From: an uncultured Chloroflexia bacterium
Lineage (GTDB): Bacteria > Chloroflexota > Chloroflexia > Thermomicrobiales > UBA6265
Length of the DNA: 64,000 nt
Reading direction: 5' to 3'
NCBI GenBank assembly: GCA_963724295.1
Contig: CAVRUC010000009.1
Span: forward strand, 64,001-128,000
Part shown: positions 29,308-39,853 of the stretch, in pieces
Layout of the letters: every line of letters begins with the position of its first letter
Position numbering within the stretch: position 1 is the stretch's first letter
Made by a program: the position numbers and the translations under genes
The notes under the pieces: model-generated
Database searches by the model: none
What the model saw: the letters and a program-made list of their open reading frames with translations, nothing else
What the model was told of the DNA's origin: nothing

Positions 29308-30672
29308 ATGGGACGGGCAGGCTATGGGGGGAAACTGCCAGCGGGAGCGGCTCGCGGGCTCGCCGCGCTCCTGAGCATCGCGATGACCGCGGTGATGCTG
29401 TTGCCTCCAGGAGAACCGGCCGCCGCCCAGGATCTGCCGGCACAGCCGGCCTCCCCGGCCGCCGCCCAACCGACCGCCGCCGCGCAAGCCGCTGCCGCCC
29501 CGGCCGAGTTCATTGCCGGGGCTCCGCACATCCACACTGTCGCTCAGGGATTGATCGGCATCGACGGTCCACTCGTGTGGCGGGTGCGTGAAGTGGGGTT
29601 GAGCGCGACCGGCGCCCCCGAGTCGGGCTCGACGTCGTTCACGCTGCAACGGACGGGAGCGGCGATCATCCGCAACGAGCTGACCAGCCGGCGGACGCGG
29701 CTCGAAGCGGGTGAGGCCTACTTTATGCCCTCCGGGGATCCCTTCCTCCGCTACGCGGTCGGTTCCGATCCCAGCATCATCTGGGTTGTCGAGCTCGTGC
29801 CGCCCGAGGCCGCCGCGCCCGGCGCGGCCACCACCGGGACGGTTCTGTTCACGAGCGACGCCATCAACGATTACCCTCGGGGAACCTTCGACGTCGAGCT
29901 GCAACGCGGCATCCTGCTGCCCGGGGAAGTTTCCGAGCTGCCGCCGCACACCGGTCCAGCACTGATGATGGTCACGTCCGGCCGCCTGCAGGCGACAGCG
30001 GACGGCGGCCAGCCGGCGCCGATCAGCGCCGGCAGTGGCCGTCTGGTGACCGGGGCGCTGACACTCCGCAACGGGGATACCCAGCCCGCCGCGTTCGTGG
30101 TGGCCGCGCTCGGCGAGCCAGTCGATGGCGCTGAACAGCCAGCCGCGTCGACTCAGGCCGTGCCGACTCCAGTGCCCGGCCAACCCGTGCCAACTGTCCT
30201 GCTCCCCCCAGTGGACGCGGCTCCCACAGCCGTCGTGCCCACCGCCGCTCCCGAGCAGGTCGTGGAACCGACCCCGGTCCCGACGACGGCGCCGGTGGTC
30301 TCCTCCGAGAGCGGCGACATCGATGGCGACGGCTTGAGCGATGTCGACGAGGCCGCCTATGGATCGGATCCGTTGAATCGCGACTACGACGCCGACGGTC
30401 TCCTCGACGGTGAAGAGGTCTACATCCACGGCACCGACCCACTCAACAACGACAGCGACGGCGACGGTCTCCTGGACGGTGAGGAAGTCAATCAATTTGG
30501 TACGAGCTCGACGAGCTCTGATGCCGACAGCGACGGACTGGTCGACGACGATGAGATCTTCGTCTACGGAACCGCGCCCGAAGCCTTTGACACCGATGGC
30601 GACGGCATCGGCGATGGTGATGAAGTCCTCACCTACGGCACGAACCCGCTCGATCCGGCAAGTGCGCCGTAA
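29308..30672 (+). CDS. Secreted protein: two cupin-like beta domains, Pro/Thr linker, five DxDxDG calcium-binding repeats
   Basis: Signal peptide ..AAAQ; DIDGDGLSD, DYDADGLLD, DSDGDGLLD, DADSDGLVD, DTDGDGIGD with GT(D/N)PL-type spacers. Confidence 0.8.
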   Translation: MGRAGYGGKLPAGAARGLAALLSIAMTAVMLLPPGEPAAAQDLPAQPASPAAAQPTAAAQAAAAPAEFIAGAPHIHTVAQGLIGIDGPLVWRVREVGLSATGAPESGSTSFTLQRTGAAIIRNELTSRRTRLEAGEAYFMPSGDPFLRYAVGSDPSIIWVVELVPPEAAAPGAATTGTVLFTSDAINDYPRGTFDVELQRGILLPGEVSELPPHTGPALMMVTSGRLQATADGGQPAPISAGSGRLVTGALTLRNGDTQPAAFVVAALGEPVDGAEQPAASTQAVPTPVPGQPVPTVLLPPVDAAPTAVVPTAAPEQVVEPTPVPTTAPVVSSESGDIDGDGLSDVDEAAYGSDPLNRDYDADGLLDGEEVYIHGTDPLNNDSDGDGLLDGEEVNQFGTSSTSSDADSDGLVDDDEIFVYGTAPEAFDTDGDGIGDGDEVLTYGTNPLDPASAP

Positions 30673-30688
30673 CGGGCTATGGGTCGAA

Positions 30689-30720
30689 GACGGCAAGACG
30701 GCAAGACGGCAAGACGGCAA
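30689..30720 (+). repeat. Tandem octamer (GACGGCAA) x4 (family B)
   Basis: Exact tandem copies just 3' of the stop at 30672. Confidence 0.9.
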
Positions 30721-30802
30721 TACGAGTCGTCAGTCGTGTGCCCATGTGGCGCCCGTGAGTCGTAAGAGAGCCAACAGCCGATAGCCGTACAGGAGACAGG
30801 GC

Positions 30803-31843
30803 ATGCCGGAGCGGGTGCGAGTCGCGCTCATTGGCGCGGGGCGGATCGGGCAGCGCCATGCCGCCACACTGGCATCGGCGATCCCGCGCGCCGAGCTGGC
30901 AATCATTGCCGATGTTCACGGGCCGTCGGCGGCGACGCTGGCGGCCAGGGTCCGCTGCCAGCATTGGACGGATGACCCGGAATCGGTCCTTCGGGACGCA
31001 AGCATCGATGCCATCGTGGTCGCCTCCTCCACGGACAGTCACGCGCCGCTAATCGTGGCCGCCGCCGATGCGGGCAAGCAGATTTTCTGCGAGAAGCCGA
31101 TCGCGCTCGATCTGGAGGCGACTGATCGCGCTCTCGATGCCGTAGAGCGAGCGGGGGTTCGCCTCCAGATGGGTTTCCAGCGCCGCTTCGACAAGGCGTA
31201 TCACAAGGCGAAGGAGCTCATCGACTCAGGCGCGCTGGGACGCATCGAAGCCATTCGCGATACGATGAGGGATCCGGCGCCCGCGCCCCGCGCCTACCTG
31301 GAGACCTCGGGCGGTCTCTACCGAGACATGACTATCCACAACTTCGACTGCGTGCGCTGGATGATGGGTCAGGAGGTGAAGGAGCTCTTCGCCATGGGGA
31401 GCGCCATCGTCTCGCCACTGTTCCAGGAGTTGGGCGATATCGACACCAGCGTGATCTCGCTCCGTTTCAACGATGACAGCCTGGGCGTGATCGACAACAG
31501 CCGTCGCTCCGGATTCGGTTACGACGTTCGCACCGAGGTCTTCGGCAGCGAGGGCGCGCTGATGATCGGCTACTCTCGCGATACGCCAATGCTGCGTCTG
31601 GACGCCAAGGGCATCCACAGCGACCATATCCACTGGTTTCTGGAGCGGTTCGACCAGGCCTACATCGACGAGCTGAAGGTCTTCGTTGACGGCGTCGTCG
31701 ACGGTACGCAGCCACCGGTCGACGGCCATGACGCCCGCGCGGCCATAGCGCTGGCCTACGCTGCCGAGGCATCCCTCCGGGAAAAAGCGCCGGTTTCGCC
31801 CTCGCGGTTCGCGCGTACGGCGGGTGACGGGGTGATAGGGTGA
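30803..31843 (+). CDS. iolG: Inositol 2-dehydrogenase
   Basis: GAGRIG, CEKP, GFQRRFD, RDP, SGGLYRDMTIHNFD, GDIDT, NSRRSGFGYD. Confidence 0.88.
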   Translation: MPERVRVALIGAGRIGQRHAATLASAIPRAELAIIADVHGPSAATLAARVRCQHWTDDPESVLRDASIDAIVVASSTDSHAPLIVAAADAGKQIFCEKPIALDLEATDRALDAVERAGVRLQMGFQRRFDKAYHKAKELIDSGALGRIEAIRDTMRDPAPAPRAYLETSGGLYRDMTIHNFDCVRWMMGQEVKELFAMGSAIVSPLFQELGDIDTSVISLRFNDDSLGVIDNSRRSGFGYDVRTEVFGSEGALMIGYSRDTPMLRLDAKGIHSDHIHWFLERFDQAYIDELKVFVDGVVDGTQPPVDGHDARAAIALAYAAEASLREKAPVSPSRFARTAGDGVIG

Positions 31844-31930
31844 TGACTCGCTTCGCTCATGGTGGCAAGGTGGCAGGATGGCAGGGAGAACGATGACCTC
31901 GCCACCCTGCCACCTTGCGACCCCGCCACC
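31831..31930. repeat. Octamer-built palindromic element (family A, inverted orientation)
   Basis: Reverse complement of 31831-31875 reads tgccaccttgccaccatgagcgaagcgagtcatcaccctatcacc, matching the 16100-16135 end motif. Confidence 0.8.
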
Positions 31931-31965
31931 GATAACCTTTCACCCTCGTAAAGGAGGTTCCCCGC

Positions 31966-32875
31966 ATGGCCATCACCACCGACGCACACGCACCTGCTCT
32001 TGAAGTCGCATGATCTCGGCGGTAGCTCAGGAGCGCTCATCGAGGTCGACGTCGCGCGTGCCGGGTGGGAGTTCACGGGGCTCACCGTGATGAAGCTCGA
32101 CGCCGGCGAGCGGTGGTCTCGCGAGAGTGGTCTCGACGAGGTGGCGCTGGTTCCGCTGGGCGGGCGCTGCACCGTCGTATCCGGCGGTGAGGCCTGGACC
32201 ATCGGCGAACGGGCAAATCCATTTGCCGGCCAGCCCTGGGCGGTCTATCTGCCCCGTGACAGCGCGTACGAGGTCACCGCCGAGACGCCGCTCGAGCTGG
32301 CCGTCTGCGCCGCCCGCGCCGAGCGGCGGCTGGCGCCGAAGCTCATAAGGCCGCAGGACGTGAAGGTGGAGATTCGCGGCGCCGGCAACGCCGCGCGGCA
32401 GATCAACCACATCATCGAGCCGTCGTTCGATGCCGACCGCCTGCTGGTGGTGGAGGTCTTCACGCCTAGCGGAAATTGGTCCTCCTATCCGCCCCACAAG
32501 CACGACGTGCACGACATGCCCCGCGAGGCCGACCTGGAAGAGATCTACTACTACCGGATCGACCCTGCTGACGGATTCGGGTTACAGCGGCTCTACACCG
32601 CGGACGGCCAGACCGACGCCGCCTACGTCATCCACGATGGCGATCTCTTGCTGGTCCCGGAGGGGTATCACGCCTTTGCCGTGGCTCAGGGCTACACCGG
32701 GTACTACCTCAACGTCCTAGCCGGCGATGAGCCGGTGCGGACCATGCAACCGAGTGACGACCCCGCCTATGCCTGGGTGCGCCAGACCTGGAGCGACGAT
32801 CTCAACGCTGGACTCACCTCCTGGCGCGATATCGCCGAGCGGGTCAACGGTCCGGCAGGGCGGTTGCCGGGCTAG
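31966..32875 (+). CDS. iolB: 5-deoxy-glucuronate isomerase; ATG 31966 (aaggagg RBS) is one base out of frame
   Basis: RGAGNAARQINHI, EVFTPSGNWSSYPPHKHD, LEEIYYY, VPEGYH, YYLNVLAG. Confidence 0.92.
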
Positions 32876-32902
32876 TCTTCGGCGAATCAGAAAGGGGAAC
32901 CG

Positions 32903-34786
32903 ATGGCGACGCGAATCGAGACGGCGCGCATGACGATGGCGCAGGCCGTCGTGAAATTCCTTTCCCAGCAATATGTGGAACGGGACGGCGTCGAGCAGCC
33001 GTTCTTCGCCGGGGTCTGGGGCATCTTCGGTCACGGTAACGTGGCGGGGATCGGTCAGGCGCTGGAAGAGCTGAAGCTCGAGATGGCCTACCACCGTCCT
33101 CAGAACGAGCAGGGGATGGTCCACGCCGCGGCCGCGTACGCCAAGATGAAGAACCGCTTGCAGACGTTCGCCTGCACCTCATCGATCGGCCCTGGCGCGA
33201 CGAATATGATCACCGGCGCGGCCATGGCGACGATCAATCGGCTGCCGGTGCTCCTCTTGCCGGGCGACATCTTCGCCTCTCGCCGTCCCGATCCGGTCTT
33301 GCAACAGCTCGAGTACCCGCTGAGCATGGATGTCAGCGTCAACGACGCCTTCGTTCCCGTCTCTCGCTACTGGGATCGCATCAATCGGCCGGAGCAGCTC
33401 CTGGCCAGTCTGCCGGAAGCGATGCGGGTTCTCACCGATCAGGCGGAAACCGGGGCTGTGACTGTCTGCCTGCCTCAGGACGTGCAGGCCGAAGGCTACG
33501 ATTATCCAGCGAACTTCTTTGCCAAGCGGGTTCACCATGTCTCGCGCCTCCTGCCACCGCCAGAAGAGATCCAGGTTGCGGCCGAGTTGATCAGCAACGC
33601 GACGAAGCCGCTGATCATTGCCGGCGGTGGCGTGCTCTACTCTGAGGCGACGGCGGCGCTGTCGGACTTCGCCGACGGCCTGGGCATCCCCGTCTGTGAA
33701 ACCCAGGCTGGGAAGGGCGCGCTGCCCTGGAACCATGCCTGGAACACCGGGGCAATCGGTCCAAATGGCAGCCTGGCTGCCAATCGCCTGGCGCTCGACG
33801 CGGACCTCGTGATCGCTGTCGGCACGCGCTTGGCCGACTTCACGACGGCCTCGCACACGCAATTCCAGAACCCCGACGTGTCATTCCTCAGCATCAATGT
33901 CTCGTCGCGGGACGCCCACAAGTTCGGGGCGCTGCCGCTGGTTGGCGACGCGCGGGCGACCCTCGACGCGCTGCGGGAGTCCCTCGCCGCCGGGAAGCAC
34001 CGCACCGGTGCCGGACACGGTGATCGGGTAGAGACGCTGAAGGCCGAGTGGGACGCCACGGTCGAAGGCATCCTCGCCATCGCGGACCCCTCGCATCTCA
34101 CCCAGGCGAACGTCATCGGGATGGTCAATGCCTCAAGCGGTCCTCGTGACGTCGTCGTCTGTGCCGCTGGCGGCCTGCCGGGCGATCTGCTGAAGCTCTG
34201 GCGTCCAGTCGATCCCAAGGCGTACCACCTGGAATATGGCTACTCCACGATGGGCTATGAGATCGCCGGCGGCCTCGGCGTGAAGATGGCCGATCCCTCA
34301 CGCGAGGTCTACGTGATGGTCGGCGACGGCTCCTACCTCATGCTCCACACCGAGATCGTCACCTCCCTGGAAGAAGGGATGAAGCTGACGATCGTCGTCG
34401 TCGACAACGGCGGCTACCAGATCATCCGCAAGCTGCAGATGTCGACGGGTTCGCCCTCATTCGGGAACGAGCTGCGCTACCGCAACCCGGAGACTGGGGA
34501 GCTCGACGGTCCGTACATCCCGATCGATTTCGCCGCCAACGCCGCCAGCCTGGGTGCGGTCGCCATGCGGGCCACGAACGAATCGGAGCTGCGCGAGGCG
34601 CTGGAGCGGGCCAAGAGCGAGACACGCACCGTGGTCATCCACGTCCCCGTGCAGAAGCACGCTTCCGTTCCCGGGTTCGATTCCTGGTGGGACGTACCTG
34701 TTGCGGAGGTGTCGGAGGTCGAGACCGTGCGCGAGGCACGCGAGGAGTACGTCGCGCGGGAGAAGAACGAGCGGTTCTTCTACTAA
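32903..34786 (+). CDS. iolD: THcHDO acylhydrolase (TPP-dependent)
   Basis: IFGHGNVAGIGQAL, NEQGM, TSSIGPGATN, LEYGYSTMGYE, VGDGSY, SFGNE, SWWDVPV. Confidence 0.95.
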   Translation: MATRIETARMTMAQAVVKFLSQQYVERDGVEQPFFAGVWGIFGHGNVAGIGQALEELKLEMAYHRPQNEQGMVHAAAAYAKMKNRLQTFACTSSIGPGATNMITGAAMATINRLPVLLLPGDIFASRRPDPVLQQLEYPLSMDVSVNDAFVPVSRYWDRINRPEQLLASLPEAMRVLTDQAETGAVTVCLPQDVQAEGYDYPANFFAKRVHHVSRLLPPPEEIQVAAELISNATKPLIIAGGGVLYSEATAALSDFADGLGIPVCETQAGKGALPWNHAWNTGAIGPNGSLAANRLALDADLVIAVGTRLADFTTASHTQFQNPDVSFLSINVSSRDAHKFGALPLVGDARATLDALRESLAAGKHRTGAGHGDRVETLKAEWDATVEGILAIADPSHLTQANVIGMVNASSGPRDVVVCAAGGLPGDLLKLWRPVDPKAYHLEYGYSTMGYEIAGGLGVKMADPSREVYVMVGDGSYLMLHTEIVTSLEEGMKLTIVVVDNGGYQIIRKLQMSTGSPSFGNELRYRNPETGELDGPYIPIDFAANAASLGAVAMRATNESELREALERAKSETRTVVIHVPVQKHASVPGFDSWWDVPVAEVSEVETVREAREEYVAREKNERFFY

Positions 34787-35688
34787 CCGGCGGCCGCACC
34801 GAGCATCGCGCCAGCCCGCTCGGCGTTGGCGCGAATCGCGATCCGGCCATCTTGCACGCGAACTTCGTAGGCCACGACTGGCGTCATCGCCGGGCCGTGG
34901 ATCAGCGCGCCATCGTCAAGACTGAAGACCGACCCGTGCCACGGACAGGTGACCGTGTCGCCCTCGAGCGCGCCCTCGTCTAGCGGACCGCCAAGATGGG
35001 GACACGTGGCGCCGATCGCCCGGATGCGGTCTCCTTGCCGCAGCAACATGACCGGCGTGCCGTCGACTTCGACCCGTCGCGGTTTGCCGTCGACAAGACC
35101 ACGCACAGCCGCGACATCGATCCACTTGGTCGGTGGCTTCTCGAACGCGGCGTGGTTGACGCCGATCCCGAGCTCGTAGGCAAGCTCGCCCCCAAGCCAG
35201 GCAGAAGCCAGGTTCACGCCGAGACCAAGCGTGGAAAGGGTGACCCCGGACCTCCGTCGCCCTTGCTGCCGCAACAGCCACGAGCCCGCCATGAGACTGG
35301 TGGCCGCCACGTTCAACAGGGCGTGGAGGGCGCCAAGACGGCGCGGTGCTTCCTCGTTCGTCGTGTCCTGCCACTGGGCGGCGCCGGTCACCGCGGCCCC
35401 AACCGCGCCCACGAGGCCAAGGCTCAGCGTCAGATCCGCCGCGCGCTCTTCGCGCATTAGGTCGAAGAGCATCGTCGCTGACCAGGATCCTACCGGCACG
35501 GTGATCACTGCCGCATGCAGTGAGTGGCCAAGCCAGGTGCCGTAGAGGAAGTCGCGCGGTCCCCGCGGCGCATCCTGACCAAGGACTGGCTCGAATGCCT
35601 GCTCCATTGTCGCGGCGATGCCGTCCAGCCACGGCAGCCCCTTCGACACCTTGTACCCGAGTCCAACCTTTTCCGTTCGTGCCGTCAT
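34783..35688 (-). CDS. DUF2231-like membrane domain fused to Rieske [2Fe-2S] domain
   Basis: GTWLGHSLH, HALLN, LGGEL; CPHLGG and CPWHG Rieske motifs. Confidence 0.88.
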   Translation of the reverse strand: MTARTEKVGLGYKVSKGLPWLDGIAATMEQAFEPVLGQDAPRGPRDFLYGTWLGHSLHAAVITVPVGSWSATMLFDLMREERAADLTLSLGLVGAVGAAVTGAAQWQDTTNEEAPRRLGALHALLNVAATSLMAGSWLLRQQGRRRSGVTLSTLGLGVNLASAWLGGELAYELGIGVNHAAFEKPPTKWIDVAAVRGLVDGKPRRVEVDGTPVMLLRQGDRIRAIGATCPHLGGPLDEGALEGDTVTCPWHGSVFSLDDGALIHGPAMTPVVAYEVRVQDGRIAIRANAERAGAMLGAAAG

Positions 35689-35783
35689 CGCCCGCTCCTC
35701 AACGTGGACGCAATGGCCTGATTCTATGATGTGCCGAGCGCACGCGCACAAGTCGTACCCGAACGAGGAACCGCTGGCTCTCC

Positions 35784-36938
35784 CTACCGAGGCCCATGCA
35801 CCCGTATGGCGTGGTCGCGGGTGTCGGCGGCGACGAAGGCGAGGAGGCGCGCTCCTTCGTCGGTGACAGCCGCGCGATCGGCCCTCGTCCATGACCCACC
35901 TGCTTCGATCACCAGCGTGGCTTTCCCTCGCTCGCGCGTAATTCGCCACATGCCGCCGAGAAAGCCATCGACGAGGATGCTGCCCAGCTCCCCGCCACGT
36001 CCGGCGGGCATCGGCAGACCGTGATTGTCGGGAATGATGCGATCGCGGTCGTCGTGTGAGAGCAGGATGTTGTCGTACTCCGGTAGGAAGCGGGGTGGCG
36101 CCGGCGTTTCCGGATCCGAGCGTGGCGCGTCAGGGAGATCGAAGAGCTCGCGGCCGCATTCGTCACGAAAGGTGACGAGTCGCGGCCGCAGCCGTTCGAT
36201 GACCGCGCGCAGCCCCGGCAACCGTGACCAGACCCGGATATCCGCGACGGTAGCCGGACCGAAGGCGGCTAGGTAACGCAGGACCAAATCGTCAGCTGAC
36301 GGATTGGAATCAAGGGGGCGACCAAGCCATGACTCGACCGTGGTTAGCCTGGCCTGCCCGCTCTTGCCCCACAAGCCGCGGGGAGGCACCTGGACGACCG
36401 GAACCAGATAACTAATGGCCCAGGCGAGTGAAGCGGCGTCCCGATCGGGCCATTGCTCCTTGAGGCATGCGCCCAATTCGGCTCGCGTGAGTGGCTGTTC
36501 CTCCAGCAAGCTTCGACCCGCCGCGATCAACAGCGCGGTCTTGATCCCTGCAACATTCCGGCCCCAGGCAGTGTTGGCGAGCGTCTGCACCATGAGGGGT
36601 CGCATGAGCGGACGCAGCTTCAAGCAGTCGTCCGCGGAAACGAGGTGGATCGTCGTCCGCATCACCGTTGTGCGCACTGCCCGTCGCTCGGCGATCAAGC
36701 AGGACAACTGCTCCGGCTGGAACCCGTCGAGCCGCGACCACAGGGCGATGTACGGATTGCCTGGTATTTGCGCCTGCATACCGACGAGATGCTCGATCGT
36801 CTCGGCTGCCGACCGCTGCTCGCGGCGCAACAGGAGTTGTCTTGCCAACAACGCGCGATTGAGCGCGCGTTGACATAGCACGCCGTCCGAAGCTGGTTTG
36901 CCTGGCGCGAGCGATGGCGTCTCGGGCGATCGCGTCAT
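35784..36938 (-). CDS. AlkZ-like (HTH_42) crosslink/bulky-adduct DNA glycosylase
   Basis: LNRALLARQLL, GMQAQ (QxQ catalytic motif), MRTTIHL, RYLAAFGPAT, FLPEYDN. Confidence 0.88.
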   Translation of the reverse strand: MTRSPETPSLAPGKPASDGVLCQRALNRALLARQLLLRREQRSAAETIEHLVGMQAQIPGNPYIALWSRLDGFQPEQLSCLIAERRAVRTTVMRTTIHLVSADDCLKLRPLMRPLMVQTLANTAWGRNVAGIKTALLIAAGRSLLEEQPLTRAELGACLKEQWPDRDAASLAWAISYLVPVVQVPPRGLWGKSGQARLTTVESWLGRPLDSNPSADDLVLRYLAAFGPATVADIRVWSRLPGLRAVIERLRPRLVTFRDECGRELFDLPDAPRSDPETPAPPRFLPEYDNILLSHDDRDRIIPDNHGLPMPAGRGGELGSILVDGFLGGMWRITRERGKATLVIEAGGSWTRADRAAVTDEGARLLAFVAADTRDHAIRVHGPR

Positions 36939-37070
36939 TCGGACCCTTTCCAGCGATCACCATACGTCAGCCGCCAACTCGCGTCGACACTGGCGGATAG
37001 AAAGACTTGAGCGTCGTGGACTACGTCCACGGCATGGTCATCGCGGATAGGTCTCGTGTTCACGCGCGAG

Positions 37071-37102
37071 TCCTCGCTGGAGCACTAGTGCTCCAGCGAG
37101 GA
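37071..37102. other. Perfect 32-bp palindrome
   Basis: tcctcgctggagcact|agtgctccagcgagga. Confidence 0.9.
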
Positions 37103-37133
37103 TCCCCACGCGTCGGGTGCTCGACTTTGCGAA

Positions 37134-38315
37134 TTAGCGGAGGTTGCGGAAAAACGCGCGGATGTCGCCGACGAGCAAGTCGGGTTCTTCCATCGCCGCG
37201 AAGTGGCCGCCTCGCTCGAACTCTGACCAATGGCCGATCCCGTGCTCCGGGTCGAGCAGGCGGCGCAGGATCGGGTCGCTGTTGAAGACGGCCATCCCCT
37301 GCGGAACGTCTGATGGCGGCACCCATCCCTCTTCGGAGTGGTACGAGTCATACAGGAAGTTTGCCGCGGTCGCCCCGGTGCCGGTGAACCAGTAGATGCT
37401 GACGTTGGTGAGGAGCTGATCGCGGTCGACGGCATCTTCAGGCAGATTGGCGGCCGGATTCGTCCACTCCTTGAATTTTTCCACGATCCAGGCGAGCTGA
37501 CCAACCGGCGAGTCATGCAACGAGTACGCAATTGTTTGCGGCCGGGTCGATTGGATGTGTAGGTAGCCCTTGGCATCGGGCTGGAATTGCTGTTGTAGGA
37601 GCGTCACGTGGTTCTGCTCGGCGGCGGAGAGACCGGACGTGTCGATCGGAATCTCATCGCCGAGGAGGATGAATGCTGTCGGGTCTGTGTTCGCGTGGGC
37701 GCCAACGACGTGGTCCGGTTGGGTGCTGGCGAGCATTCCCGTAATACCAGCCCCGATGTCACCACCTTGAGCGCCGTAGCGCTCATACCCGAGAAAACGC
37801 ATCAGCTCGGCGATGGCTTTGGTGATGCGTGGTATGGCCCAGCCCGTTTCGCGCACGGGAATGGAAAACCCGAATCCGGGGATCGACGGCGCCACGATGT
37901 GGAAGGCGTCGGCCGGGTCGCCCCCGTAGGCTCGGGGGTCCGTCAATGGCCCGATGATCTCGATGAACTCCGCGATGGAACCGGGATAGCCGTGGCTGAT
38001 GATCAGTGGCAGCGCTTCGGGCTCCGGTGAGCGAACGTGGAGAAAATGGATGGTTTGACCGTCGATCTCGGTCGTGAACTGGGGGAAGGCGTTCAGTCGT
38101 GTCTCTTGCTTCCTCCAGTCGAACCCGGTGCGCCAATACTCTGCAAGACCTCTCAGATAGTCGAGCGGCACGCCGCGGCTCCAGCCAGTCTCTGGTAGCT
38201 GATCGGGCCATCGGGTCTGCACCAGACGGCGGTGCAAATCGTCGAGATCATCCTCGGAAATCTCAAGGTGAAAAGGGCGAACTTCGCTCTCTGTAATACG
38301 TTGGTCGACTGCCAT
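37134..38315 (-). CDS. Epoxide hydrolase (EHN/microsomal type), copy 2
   Basis: RPF..DDLHRRL..TRWP EHN domain, HGYPG, QGGDIG nucleophile, [15 protein letters not shown]. Confidence 0.93.
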   Translation of the reverse strand: MAVDQRITESEVRPFHLEISEDDLDDLHRRLVQTRWPDQLPETGWSRGVPLDYLRGLAEYWRTGFDWRKQETRLNAFPQFTTEIDGQTIHFLHVRSPEPEALPLIISHGYPGSIAEFIEIIGPLTDPRAYGGDPADAFHIVAPSIPGFGFSIPVRETGWAIPRITKAIAELMRFLGYERYGAQGGDIGAGITGMLASTQPDHVVGAHANTDPTAFILLGDEIPIDTSGLSAAEQNHVTLLQQQFQPDAKGYLHIQSTRPQTIAYSLHDSPVGQLAWIVEKFKEWTNPAANLPEDAVDRDQLLTNVSIYWFTGTGATAANFLYDSYHSEEGWVPPSDVPQGMAVFNSDPILRRLLDPEHGIGHWSEFERGGHFAAMEEPDLLVGDIRAFFRNLR

Positions 38316-38455
38316 TGCATTGCTCCTCGTGAAAGGTTCCCATGACGCCCATAGTACTGCGCCTTGCGGGCAGTTCCTGTCCTGATTCAGGGGTACACGG
38401 AAAGCGATCGCCCGGGGAGGCACCGGGATTACCTCTGGCTCCGCGTTGCGGCTAT

Positions 38456-39808
38456 TCAACGGAGAGCGCGGAAAAACGCTCGCACGTCGTCGATGACGAA
38501 CTCTGGATTCTCCATCGCCGCGAAGTGGCCGCCTTTGTCGAATTCCGTCCAGCGCACGACGTTGTGGTCGCGCTCGGCAAGACGCCGGATGGCAACATCC
38601 TGGGTCGTAGAGACAGCTACGCCGGTAGGCACGGTGCCGCGCTCACGGGGAGCGAACAGGCTGGGGTCGTGGTACGTCTCGTAATACAGATTGGCGGACG
38701 ACCCAGCGGTGTTGGTGAACCAATAGAGGCTGACGTTGGTGAGCAGATGATCGCGGTCGACCGCATCCTCCGGCAACGCGGCGCTCGGGTCGGTCCATTC
38801 CTTGAACTTCTCTACGATCCAGGCGAGCTGGCCGGTCGGGGAATCGGCCAGCCCAAAGGCGAGTGTCTGGGGCCGGGTGCCCTGGATCGACATGTAGCCG
38901 CTCATGTCTTGCTCGAAATTTTGGAATCGCGCCAGTCGCTCCTGCTCCGCCGCGGTTAGTCCATCCAGCTCGGCAGGATCGCCCGAGGGAAAGGTCACCA
39001 TCGCGTTGACGTGCACACCGATGATTCGCTCCGGTTCGAGCTGGCCCATGAGCGGCGCTTCGAACGCGCCGACGTCGCCACCCTGAACGCCATAGCGATC
39101 GTAACCGAGTCGGGCCATGAGCTCGGTGAACGCCTTGGCAATGCGGCCGTGGGTCCATCCCGCCTCACTGAGCGGGGTCGAAAACCCGAAACCGGGAATC
39201 GATGGAATGACGACATGAAAGGCATCGGCGGGATCGCCGCCGTGAGCCGCCGGGTCGGTCAGCGGTCCGATCAGCTCGATGAATTCGACGAACGAGCCAG
39301 GCCAGCCATGGATGAGCAGCAACGGGGTGGCGTCCGGCTCGGGAGACTGCACGTGCAGGAAGTGTATTGACTGACCATCGATAGTGGTCATGAACTGCGG
39401 GAAGGTGTCGAGCCGCGCCTCATGCGCACGCCAGTCGTACTCGGTGCGCCAGTACTCCACCAATCCCTTCAGGTAGTCGACAGGCACGCCGCGATTCCAG
39501 CCTAGGTCGGCCAGCTCGCTTGGCCAGCGGGTGCGGGCCAGCCGGTCGTTGAGATCATCTATGACGCTCTGTGGGATATGGATGCGGAACGGCCGGATCT
39601 CCGCGCTGATCTGTGCCGGCGTCTGCGCCGCGTTACTCGTATCTGAATCGACCATGGTGTCCTCCTTGCGCGGGGCAGATAAGACCCCAGTTCCGATTGG
39701 CCTCACGGCGATGCTCAAGGCCGCGCCACCAGTCGCCACTACACGCCGGCGAATCACGCGCCTGCCAAGCAGTCTTGTGACCGACCGCCAAGCGTGATCG
39801 TGCTGCAC
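38456..39808 (-). CDS. Epoxide hydrolase (EHN type), copy 1; two in-frame starts (GTG 39808, ATG 39655)
   Basis: [31 protein letters not shown]; strong RBS before both starts. Confidence 0.93.
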   Translation of the reverse strand: MQHDHAWRSVTRLLGRRVIRRRVVATGGAALSIAVRPIGTGVLSAPRKEDTMVDSDTSNAAQTPAQISAEIRPFRIHIPQSVIDDLNDRLARTRWPSELADLGWNRGVPVDYLKGLVEYWRTEYDWRAHEARLDTFPQFMTTIDGQSIHFLHVQSPEPDATPLLLIHGWPGSFVEFIELIGPLTDPAAHGGDPADAFHVVIPSIPGFGFSTPLSEAGWTHGRIAKAFTELMARLGYDRYGVQGGDVGAFEAPLMGQLEPERIIGVHVNAMVTFPSGDPAELDGLTAAEQERLARFQNFEQDMSGYMSIQGTRPQTLAFGLADSPTGQLAWIVEKFKEWTDPSAALPEDAVDRDHLLTNVSLYWFTNTAGSSANLYYETYHDPSLFAPRERGTVPTGVAVSTTQDVAIRRLAERDHNVVRWTEFDKGGHFAAMENPEFVIDDVRAFFRALR

Positions 39809-39853
39809 TTCGTCCTCCCTTCGCGACGTGCGGTCGTTCCGTCCTGCAATTAC

